Position numbers and translations under genes: made by a program. This document shows positions 41,814-52,514 of a stretch of DNA of 64,000 bases, piece by piece. Each line of letters begins with the position of its first letter. Position 1 is the first letter of the stretch. Source of the stretch: Eledone cirrhosa (Eukaryota); NCBI GenBank assembly GCA_964016885.1, contig OZ024740.1, positions 233,306,001 through 233,370,000 of the forward strand. The letters run 5' to 3'. The notes below the pieces were generated by a model. The model made no database searches. It was not told the origin of the DNA and saw only the letters and a list, made by a program, of their open reading frames with translations.

Positions 41814-42233
41814 ATAAAATATTAAAAAAATAATGAATAAAACAATGAACCAGTTCCTTATATTAAACAAAAAAAGTTCATTATTTAACGATCGTTTCTA
41901 GGACATATATGTGTTAGAATTGGCATGCATATTCAAAAGATCTATGTACAAAATTATACAAAATTATACAAACTATCAAATATAATATACATACCAACAC
42001 ATACATATGCCGTCTTCAGAAATATTTCTGAAGACGGCATATGTATGTGTTGGTATGTATATTATATTTGATAGTTTGTATAATTTTGTATAATTTTGTA
42101 CATAGATCTTTTGAATATGCATGCCAATTCTAACACATATATGTCCTAGAAACGATCGTTAAATAATGAACTTTTTTTGTTTAATATAAGGAACTGGTTC
42201 ATTGTTTTATTCATTATTTTTTTAATATTTTAT
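41814..42233. repeat. Palindrome with 210-bp arms and no spacer
   Basis: Axis between 42023 and 42024 (CTTCAGAAAT|ATTTCTGAAG); no mismatch seen; relative at ~46161-46300. Confidence 0.95.
42024..42164 (+). ncRNA. Type I HHR with very long stem II region
   Basis: ATTT CTGAAGA cGGCATATGT...ACATATATGTCCta GAAA C-GATC-G TT AAAT. Confidence 0.6.
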
Positions 42234-42364
42234 CTTGACTCTGTATTCCGTTTATCTTTCACTGAAAGTGATTTTTGAATGCATCTCTTCTTTCCATGAT
42301 ATCCGGATTACATTGAGTTCTTCATACGGATTGGACACTACCGTAAACTTTTGGTAGATTTATC

Positions 42365-42395
<31 letters not shown>

Positions 42396-42399
<4 letters not shown>

Positions 42400-43936
42400 T
42401 TGCGAGGTTTTTTATATGAAATCGTGTGTCGAAACAAATATTGTTATACTTGGGGAGGGTCATATTTGTGTAATATTGCCAGAATTAATAAAAGAACACA
42501 CTCACTGTTTGGTTGGTTTTCGCTTCTCGCTTCTGTGTCTTTTATATCGGTAATCTAACAAACTCGGTCCTCAATGTTGCCATTGACTGACCGACGGTCA
42601 AAAATAATACAGATACAATATAGACACAAACACATATATATAGTTTATCATAAATCTTTCGTTGCACATCTGCAACATCGTCAGTGGTGCTATCGTTTCC
42701 TCCTGTTGTATTGTATGTCTACGCCATTTTTATTCAGAGTATACGAAGGAGCCATGGAGAAGTATAAGACTCTCATAGAACTGGACATGAAAGGGATTTG
42801 CCCATTATACAGGAGCAAATCATGGAATAGCTAGAGATAGGGCTAGACATAAGATAGGGAAAGCCACCTCATGGTACGACAACCAGAGATACCATAGTGT
42901 CATGTTTGTGGACGCTACCCCTAGAGGGAAATTAGCTAACCAGTGTAGAAAGGCCCTGAGAAAGACCCACTTAAAAATTAAGGTGGTAGAAAAGCCAGGA
43001 ACCACCATAAAATCCCTGATCAGTAAAACCTACCCTTTTAAGAAAACCCACTGTACCAATAGGAAATGTATCATATGTAATGTAAACCCCCGGATAAACT
43101 GTAAAACTAGAAACGTAGTCTATAGCATAAGATGTACAGAGGGTACTGGCAGAAACATGACAACAACATACATAGGTGAGACAGCTCGTAGCATAGGTGA
43201 AAGGATAGACCAACACTGGGGGGAACTAAAAGGACGAAAAAACGGGTCAGTACTATACGAACATGCTAGACAACAACATGACGGTAACATAGACAACATA
43301 GAAATTAGAATAATATCTAAACATAGAAATGACCCAGCAGATAGGCAAATCAGAGAGGCCAGTGAAATAGAAATTAGAAGACCAAGACTAAACAGAAAGA
43401 ATGAATGGAATAACAACAACACCCAAACAAACAACCCTGACCTAAGAGAAGTATAAATAAGTAAATAAAATAAAATAAATAAATAAATAAATACATACAC
43501 AAGCACAATAACAACAAGCACATAAACACACACTAGTCACCCATCACACAGCAAACAAAACACTATACACACACGCAAACGCATGCGCAAAGAAGACAAA
43601 ATAAAATAAACAAGCAAGCAAATAGATAAATAAATATATAGACAGACTGAATAAAAATGGCGTAGACATACAATACAACAGGAGGAAACGATAGCACCAC
43701 TGACGATGTTGCAGATGTGCAACGAAAGATTTATGATAAACTATATATATGTGTTTGCGTCTATATTGTATCTGTATTATTTTTGACCGTCGGTCAGTCA
43801 ATGGCAACATTGAGGACCGAGTAAGTTAGATTACCGATATAAAAGACACAAGCGAGAAGCGAAAACCAACCAGACAGTGAGTGTGTTCTGTTATTAATTC
43901 TGGCAATATTACACAAATATGACCCTCCCCAAGTAT

Positions 43937-43942
<6 letters not shown>
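42396..43942 (+). mobile_element. 5'-truncated Naiad-like PLE: inverted pLTR, GIY-YIG region, 3' pLTR, between (TA)n tracts
   Basis: PLYRSKSW, FVDATP, C-x4-C-x2-C linker, NVVYSIRC..YIGET.R..ER..QH..LYEHARQQH..EA..I..LNRKNEW; ~42439-42737 is the reverse complement of ~43647-43942. Confidence 0.92.
43696..43737 (+). ncRNA. HHR in PLE pLTR
   Basis: ACCA CTGACGA T GTTGCA-GATG-TGCAAC GAAA G-AT-T TA TGAT. Confidence 0.6.
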
Positions 43943-44018
<76 letters not shown>

Positions 44019-44026
<8 letters not shown>

Positions 44027-44245
44027 ATACTTCGGGAGGGTCATGCTGGTAATAAAAACACACGCACCTGTTCGTTTTATTTCAATTTATTACACATTTC
44101 CGGTTGCTTGGATGGTGGTTCGACAACGGGATACCCGTTTAAATATTGTCAAAGCTATTTCGTCGCACATCCTGTGACCTCCTCAGTGACTAGGTTTTTA
44201 TGCGTCTCTCCTTTCTTCTGTCCTACACCATTATGTTTTGTGTGA
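44019..44245 (-). mobile_element. Naiad-like pLTR with HHR (44146-44190)
   Basis: GTCA CTGAGGA GGTCA-CAGGATGTG-CGAC GAAA T-AG-C TT TGAC. Confidence 0.75.
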
Positions 44246-44249
44246 TGGG

Positions 44250-45167
44250 AACACTTGGAAACTGGATTGACTCCAAGCGCTCACTGTCTTTTGCCGATCG
44301 GTGGAAACTCCGTCTTGCCTTTCTATAGAGGGTTAGTGGAAGACAAGAGCGACGCCATCCTTGAGGAAACTCTGGGTGTCGACGAAAGCCATCTAGTTAT
44401 TATCCTCCGGGGGACTTTTACTCCAGGGCCAATGGATAACTTCCAGAAATCCCTGGCCTGACAGTGTTACCGGGGAGCGTTGCCAGTTCGAGATAAATTT
44501 ACAAGCATGGAAATGCAGTCAGACGGGCCTGTCCACGCGGGGCGGGGGAACGAGACTGTCTCGCACGAACTCGTCCAGTGACCGAGTATCCCTATTTGGG
44601 GGTTTATGTCGAATATCTGATGTCCTGTGTAGGAGGGATCCGGCCAACAGCTGAGTTCATCAAGAACATTTCTCCGCCGCCCTCCTTTAACCAGGAAGGG
44701 CAGTTTTTATACCTGGTTGCCAGGTGAATGAGGTTTTACGGTGGACGCATCGATTAAAGACGGGCACACTCCTCTTCGGAGACGCTCTCATTTACTTTTT
44801 CAGGTTTCACCTGGAAAGGAAAATCAGGGTGGAGAGAGAAATATTGTTTTCCTACGAGTTTGTTGAAAGGTAGGTGAAAAAGGCAAGAATGGCCCGAAAG
44901 AATGGGCCTGCCCTGAGCGTGTGCTTGGAGTGTTGAAGGAGGCCGACTGGGATAGACCGCCTGCTTTAGCGGTCAGGGTGACCGTGGCTCTTGTGGGCTT
45001 TCCCCACGAGTAAAATCTAGGTGGTTTTCTCCCCATTCGGGGAATTTGTTTTTGTTTCTATTTTTTTCTTCATTCTATACGCGCAGAAATCTAATTTTAT
45101 ACCGTCCTGTAACGTCCTTAATGTTTTCTTTTATATAAACCCTCTCTTGTGGTCAATAAAGAAATCA
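44250..45167 (+). mobile_element. Degenerate Tx1/L1-like LINE 3' fragment
   Basis: PGPMDNFQKSLA; nucleotide homology to 10093-10907; TTGTGGTCAATAAAGAAATC end. Confidence 0.8.
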
Positions 45168-45199
45168 CTTTTATTATTATCATTATTATTATTATTATT

Positions 45200-45425
45200 A
45201 GGGTGGTGGATTATCAGTATCGGTAGAGCCTCGGACACCATGCTTTATGGCATAGTTTTACGTCCCTTTACGATCTGAGTTCAAATCCTGCCGTGGTTAG
45301 CTTTGTCTTTCAACCTTACGGGGTCGATAAAATAAAGTACCAGTAATGTTCTGGTTCCGATTTAATCGACTAACGACGCCCCTTCAAACTGCTAACCTTG
45401 CGCCTAAAAGTAGAAACAATTATTA
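45200..45425 (+). mobile_element. SINE (abundant family)
   Basis: GGTGGTGGATTATCAGTATCGGTAGAG..GAGTTCAAATCC..(ATT)n. Confidence 0.82.
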
Positions 45426-45442
45426 TTATAGTGGCGACAGAC

Positions 45443-45648
45443 AGATGGGTACCTGAGCGAACCCTAGGTGGTCATCCCCCCTATTGGGGAATTTTTTCTT
45501 GTTGTAATTTTCTTGTTACTTTATTGTTACTTTGTTATTGTTACTTTGTTTATTCATATTGTTTACTCGATTTTTTTGTAAAACCCCACTGTCCCAGTCT
45601 TTTGTATTGTACCCTATATGTTGGCCCTTGTGGCCAATAAATGAAATC
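45443..45648 (+). mobile_element. Tx1/L1-like 3'UTR-only insertion with 18-bp TSD
   Basis: ATTATAGTGGCGACAGAC at 45425-45442 and 45649-45666; matches 13670-13867. Confidence 0.85.
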
Positions 45649-45903
45649 ATTATAGTGGCGACAGACGAATGGCGGTTAAACACCGGTTAACGTTTTCTCT
45701 AAATAGAGGATGAAGGTAAATAAGAACATTGAGTATAATGATGGTGAAGTGGATAAGTTGTTCAGGTAAACGTTGGACTTTGCTACAGAGTTTAAGATGA
45801 GATAAGAAGAATGTGTAACTTTATAAGGCACATATATGGGTATATACATAAATATACATATATGATATATGTATATATATATATAAATATACATATATAT
45901 ACG

Positions 45904-45945
<42 letters not shown>

Positions 45946-45957
45946 TATATATGTGTA

Positions 45958-46023
<66 letters not shown>

Positions 46024-46101
46024 AATGTGTATATATATATATATATATATATACACACAAGTATGTATGTGTGTGTATATATATATATATATATGGAAAG
46101 T

Positions 46102-46163
<62 letters not shown>

Positions 46164-47059
46164 GAATAAACACAATGAATAAAAACAAAGAACAAGTTCC
46201 TTATATTAAAAAATTCATCATTTTACGATCGTTTCTAGGATATATATGTGTGTTGGTATGTATATCATATAGATCTATGTAAACATTTTACAAACTATCG
46301 GAGGGTGTGTGTGTGTCTCTGTGTGTGTATGTGTGTGTTTGTTTACTATATGCGTATATAAATAATCAAACAGACTTGAGTAAGCCGCTAAATTTCACAC
46401 GATTAAAGTAATGAACGATTAGTCAGAATAAAACGAGCAAACAAATATAGCGTACGTATGTGTGTGTACATACATATGCGTGTGCATACGTATATATGTG
46501 TGTAAGTGTTTATATCTGTTTGTGTGTATAAGTAACAAGATGATTGAAATATCGAATGACGAATTGATAAAGGCAACAAAGGGCGACAGAGTGAGTGGAA
46601 GGGGGGGGTCTTCGAGAAAGCGGAGTAGGAGAAAGAGAGAGGGGTGAATGGAGGTGGGGTGAGAGAGGGGTGAATGAGGTAGGAGTGAGACTGGGGTGAT
46701 TGATGGGGTGGGGGGTAGATGAGAGATGGGTCGGTGAGGAAGGGGTCGAGGAGAGTGGGTTAAGAGAGGGATGAGAGTGGGATGGTTGAGAAAGAAACAT
46801 AAGTTAGCTTGAAGGAGATAATTACATAAACAATGAAGTGAATTTAGCGATAAGAGTTCAGTTGTTTTTCAGGTAAAATCTTCTCAAGTACTGCTCTACC
46901 GCTTCAGCTCTGTTCAAATCTCTTACATATTGTCTTCTACCCTTTCCTCTTTCAAATCATCTACACCTTACTCCCATTCCTCACCTCCCTCTCTCCCCTT
47001 CTCTCTCTCCCACTTCTCTCACTCCTATGTATGTTCTCTTTCTTTCTCTCTCTCTCTCT

Positions 47060-47100
<41 letters not shown>

Positions 47101-47161
47101 AATAAAGCAATGCAAATATCGGATAAGAAGCACTCTACAGTTTGTAGGACTGGAGTATAAA

Positions 47162-47448
47162 TAATATAAGATCAAAAGTATTTTATTATGCGCATTTCAA
47201 AAACCAATATCATCATGGGATGATTACTGCGTTCTCATCAGATAAAATAGGGAGACATGATATGAAGCTTAAAAAACACTTGTGAGCAGTGAAGTTTTAA
47301 ATCAACATATGTTGATTTAAAACTTCACTGCTCACAAGTGTTCTCCCTATTTTATCTGATGAGAACGCAGATATCATCCCATGATGATATTTGTTTTTGA
47401 AATGCGCATAATAAAATACTTGGAACTCTTTTAACCATCTTTTGATCT

Positions 47449-47456
<8 letters not shown>
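47162..47456. repeat. (TA)n-flanked fold-back element with indels between arms
   Basis: Axis near 47308 (AATCAACAT|ATGTTGATT). Confidence 0.9.
47348..47418 (+). ncRNA. Type I HHR
   Basis: TATTTTAT CTGATGA GAACGCAGATATCATC-CCAT-GATGATATTTGTTTTT GAAA T-GCGC-A TA ATAAAATA. Confidence 0.78.
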
Positions 47457-47519
<63 letters not shown>

Positions 47520-47576
47520 CATAACGAATAAGTAAAAGCGAAGTAGTTTCAAATGTTCAAGTCCTTTAATAATAAT

Positions 47577-47650
47577 GCTGTGATATATATTTCAATGACG
47601 ACACTGGCCACACTGTTCTGTGTGCGAGTGTCGTGACATCATCAGACAGC
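47577..47650 (-). ncRNA. Type I HHR
   Basis: GCTGT CTGATGA TGTCACGACACT..AGTGTCGTCATT GAAA T-ATAT-A TC ACAGC. Confidence 0.75.
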
Positions 47651-47689
47651 TTGTTACGTAATAAGGTTATGTTTCCGAGGCATATATAT

Positions 47690-47722
<33 letters not shown>

Positions 47723-47727
<5 letters not shown>

Positions 47728-48617
47728 AAATGGGGAGAAGAATACTGCAGGTTACACATGGATAATATGTTATAAAATGAGTCCCTCATCAGTGATTTGC
47801 CAACGATCATAGATATTTCATTGCATTAAAAATCATATACCTCACGTTGGTGCAATAATAACTAAATTAAGTTATTAGGACAATTAAAACGCGTAAAGCG
47901 AGTGAGACAAGTAAACAACAAAGAGGAAAGCTAACCGTAGATAGGAAGGGCACAAGCTACTTAGTTATTCTGTCAGCATAAGCTGGGTGAATATATGAGC
48001 GCGTAAAAAAAAGAACTTTCGAGATGAATCCAAATGTAAGAAAGAAGGAAATTCTTTTCGTCGCGAACGGGGTGAAGTGAGAAGGGGAGAAACAGTGAGT
48101 GAGTGAGTGAGTGGAAGTGTGAGGAAGAGGTCAGTAGAGAGAAAGTGTTAACTGACATAATAGAGGGGGCGAAAGAATGTAAGAGAAACAGAGAGAACGA
48201 GGGAGCAGTAAGAGAGAGAGAGAGAAAAACAGAATCGCAGTTTAGGTAAATATATGTGAAAAAATGGGGAGAAGAATACTGCAGGTTGCTCATGGATAAC
48301 ATGTTATAAAATGAGTCCCTCATCAGTGATTTGCCAACGATCATAGATATTTCATTGCATTAAAAATCATATACCTCACGTTGGTGCAATAATAACTAAA
48401 TTAAGTTATTAGGACAATTAAAACGCGTAAAGCGAGTGAGACAAGTAAACAACAAAGAGGAAAGCTAACCGTAGATAGGAAGGGCACAAGCTACATACTT
48501 ATTCTGTCAGTATAAGCTGGGTGAATATATGAGCGCGTAGAAAAAAGAACTTTCGAGATGAATCCAAATGTAAGAAAGAAGGAAATTGTTTTCGTCGCGA
48601 ACGGGGTGAAGTGAGAA
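47723..48617. repeat. ~360-bp direct repeat, period 534 bp; third partial copy at 58620-58732
   Basis: 47723-48083 vs 48257-48617 near-identical; bounded by (TA)n. Confidence 0.92.
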
Positions 48618-48710
48618 TGTATATATATATATATATATATACATATATATAGAGAGAGACATGAAATTTCAATTTTTCCATGTATATATATATATATATG
48701 TATATATGTG

Positions 48711-48742
<32 letters not shown>

Positions 48743-48814
48743 CATGAGAGTAAATTGATAGATACGTGTGTGTATGTGTGTGTGTTCTGTCGTTACTTCC
48801 TCCTCACCCTCTCA

Positions 48815-48855
<41 letters not shown>

Positions 48856-48866
48856 CTGGTGTTGGT

Positions 48867-48907
<41 letters not shown>

Positions 48908-48908
48908 A

Positions 48909-48991
<83 letters not shown>

Positions 48992-49346
48992 GCGAGTGTG
49001 TGTATGTGTGTGTATGCGTGTAATAGAGAGACAGAGAATTATGTGCATGTTTTGAGTATGTGTGAGCTTAATTTCAACTCGTTTTCACATCTACACCTCC
49101 TACGTCTCCCCCTTTCCCCCCTGTCATGATATCTTTCTGTTACTTTCTTTCTCTCGTCTCAATCACAATCCAGGATATCTGACGGCCAATGTCTCTGCTA
49201 TCAGTGTTTACTTTACTACCTTTCTACTCTCATCTGACATTGGCTCCACTTGAAAGCAGATCGAGTCAAGATTTAGTTACAACTTCGGATGCGACAAGGG
49301 GAAAATGACTATTTAAACAAATATATGTATATCTATACAAACTGCA

Positions 49347-49632
49347 GTGAAGGCGCATGGCTTAGTGGTTAGAGCATTAGGCTTGCAATCGAAAGGTTGT
49401 GAGTTCAATTCTCGGACCGGGTGATGTGTTGTTTCCTTGAGCAAGACGCTTTATTTCACGTTGCTACAGTTTACTCAGCTGAAAATGAGTACCAGCAATA
49501 GCTGGAGGTTTAACCATGCGATGGACTGGTGTCCTGTCCAGGGGGGAGTCTTGTACTCTCAGTCGCTTCACGTTATGAAACCTGGATAAGCACCGGCCAA
49601 ATGATCCTTCTGGCTTAAGACAGACTTTAGAC
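49347..49632 (+). mobile_element. tRNA-derived SINE, second family (V/Meta-SINE-like body)
   Basis: A-box TGGCTTAGTGG, B-box GAGTTCAATTC, body TTCCTTGAGCAAGACGCTTT; older copy at ~28745-28870. Confidence 0.8.
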
Positions 49633-50067
49633 TTTTTTTACATACAAACCACACAACAAACACACGCATACACACACATACAAACAAACACACACACACA
49701 CACACATATATATATACATATATATATGTATATATATATATATATATATAAACTATGTATATATATATATAAACTCAACTTTGAATATACACACAAATAT
49801 AAATATATATAGATGCACATATGCATACACACATACATACATGTATACATGTATAGACACACGTACACGCACATGTGTGTGTATATATATACACATACAC
49901 ACATGTACGTGTGTCTATGTATGTATGTATGCATATGTGCATCTATATATATGTATATTTGTGTGTATATTCAAAGTTGAGTTTTCATGATTGACTACAC
50001 GGTGTTACTCTTTACCGATCCTCAGGCAACAAAGGATATATATATATATATATATATATATACACGT

Positions 50068-50375
50068 ATATATTGGTAAAAGGAAAAGAAAATGCTGACA
50101 AATTGTTCCCAGTGAAAAATAGTTTAATTAGGAATAAGCAAAAATTAGTAATAATTTTGGTTAGTATTCAGTTTTGGTTTTAAGTTTTACCGGTTGCGCA
50201 TTTCTAATGCTTTTCAAAAATAATTTTGAGATAGAGCGCTCGTGATGTTTGCTCTAATCTTAAAACCAAAACTGAATACTAGCCAATACTATTACTAATT
50301 TTTACTTATTCCTAATTAAACTATTTTTCACTGGGAACAATTTGTCAGCATTTTCTTTTCCTTTTACCAATATAT
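50068..50375. repeat. Fold-back element, ~117-bp arms; spacer holds a U3:A8 HHR-like motif (minus, 50185-50220)
   Basis: TTT TTGAAAA GCA-TTAGAAA-TGC GCAAC-CG-G TA AAA. Confidence 0.85.
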
Positions 50376-50408
50376 CATAACTCGTGTGTTACACCTCTAT
50401 TCTTTTAA

Positions 50409-50558
<150 letters not shown>

Positions 50559-50563
50559 AATCT

Positions 50564-50817
50564 AATCTGAGTTTTTCGAAATTAATAATAATATTCGATT
50601 CGTTGGCAAGTATGCAAACAGCCTCTTTAAAGCCATGTCAGTAGAATGCCCCCGACATTCTTGCTCTTGTGTTAGCACGTAAACAGAACTGCATGTTTAT
50701 AAGCTAACACAAAAGCAAGAATGACGAGGTCATCCTATTGACATGGCTTTAAAGAGGCTGTTTGCATAATTGCAAACGAATCGAATATTATTATTAATAT
50801 TCGAAAAACTCAGATTA
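50564..50817. repeat. Fold-back element of the 9724-9890 family
   Basis: Arms match 9766-9890 (CATGGCTT..AAGAGGCTGTTTGCATAATTG..CGAATCGAATATTATT). Confidence 0.88.
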
Positions 50818-50859
50818 CACTTATTGTATTCAGTCATGTAGAGCGATAAACCATTTGTT

Positions 50860-51000
50860 ATACATATGGTGGCTGCCAACTCGTTTTCGAGTACGGCCAC
50901 TACTTTATATTCATGTAGGAGAACCCCTACCGATGTGCTGAACGAATGTGACTTTTTAGTCCAGCCAGCGACTTGAAAACTATGGTACAAACACTACACT
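50860..51000 (-). mobile_element. Probable LINE (RTE-like) 3' end with terminal C2H2 finger
   Basis: KCSVCTIVFKSLAGLKSHIRSAH* followed by a short 3'UTR. Confidence 0.5.
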
Positions 51001-51164
51001 TGTGACAATTATTGACAATTATTGACACATAGTGCTGGGCCCATCGTACCATGTGACGACAAGTGCAGAGAGATCTCCAGATATAAAGCAATGCCTGTGC
51101 CGTGAAGCTTTTATAGTGAGCAAAGGCACTGCGCAAAGCCAGTCCCACTCTCTTAACCAAGATG

Positions 51165-51223
<59 letters not shown>

Positions 51224-51268
51224 AAAGTTAAATAAAAGTCAAATGATTAAAATTTAGCTTCGTTTATT

Positions 51269-51323
51269 ACTGCTATATATATTTCAGTGACAGCCATCTT
51301 TGGCTGTGACCTCTTCAGGCAGT
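51269..51323 (-). ncRNA. Type I HHR downstream of the full-length PLE
   Basis: ACTGC CTGAAGA GGTCACAGCC-AAAGAT-GGCTGTCACT GAAA T-ATAT-A TA GCAGT. Confidence 0.82.
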
Positions 51324-52514
51324 TTGAATTAGTATGGTATAGACAAGTACATATGTTGTTTAGGTGTATGATATTGTCAATACTCTGATATGCCCAGTTC
51401 CTTGTTGGGTTGTTAATTCACTGGGGAACTGGAGTCATATGAATTCAAACAAACGAATTTTAGTGTCACAGGTCCCCTTCTCCTCTCATTGGTCAGTTAT
51501 TAGTGTTGTCATTGTTGGAGTTAGCTTAAAAATTGATAAAATGGTAGAAGGGACAAGGTGTTGAAGGAACAAAATATCAAAAAATGTGTCAAACTTCCCA
51601 TTGTTCAGTTCTGAGAGCATTCCTCAGTCAGAAGTCTATAGAATTCTTTCTGGGGTGAGGCTCCCTGTAGTGTTTATGCCTGCTATTGTTCAGTACATTT
51701 GACCTCCACCATTATTTTGGTACTGTTGTTGTTGTAGTGGTCAGCTTATATCTTGCTGCTGCTAACAATTTAGAAGTATTCAGTTTGTGATTTCTCTTCA
51801 TCTCACCCGCCACCATCGTAGTGGTGGTGGCGGGGGGGGGGGGGGGTTATTTCATGTATATGAAGAAATATAAGGCAATAAATGAAGAAAACAGAAGATA
51901 AATAAATAATATAATAAAATAAAATAATTAATATAATTTGTGTAATTTGAAAATAAATAAATAAATAGAGAATAAAGAATAAAGAGTAAATGAGAGATTG
52001 GTGAAAAAGTAATGATAATGTATATGGAGAAGTGAGAAATAATGTAGGATAAAGTGTGTGTGTGTGCTATAACCAATCTCAAGGTCAGAATATGTTGGAT
52101 AGATTGGTATGATACAAGATGTTAAGATGAGATATTCAATGTGTTTGTGTTATAATCTATCTCAACTTAAAATAAATATAAATATAAGGTTATACAGTGA
52201 AGAGGGCAGAAAACAAATAACAAATTAATATAGAGAAATCAAGATTTAAGATTGGAACTTTAAAGTCAGAAATCTGGTAAATTAAAAGTGTTTGTGTTAT
52301 AGATGTTGGCCAGATTATTATGGCTGTGTCCGATTCTGTCTCTAAGCTATCATGGTGTCTGCTCCGCCTGGGTTGTTCCCTATGGCTTGAGGGGAGTTCA
52401 CAACCTAGGGTGTTGTAATTGTCCATATAGCTTGAGGGAGGTCTGGCCGAGAGGTGTTTTCATGTTCTGTAGAAGTCCCTATAGCTTGAGGGGAGTTCAC
52501 ATCTTCTTGTGTTG

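Noticed and set aside
49347-49425. tRNA gene
   Set aside because: No acceptor stem and it continues into a SINE body; SINE head only
51806-51846. GC hairpin plus G-run as a terminator
   Set aside because: No U-tract and not prokaryotic; lies inside the presumed PLE 3' region
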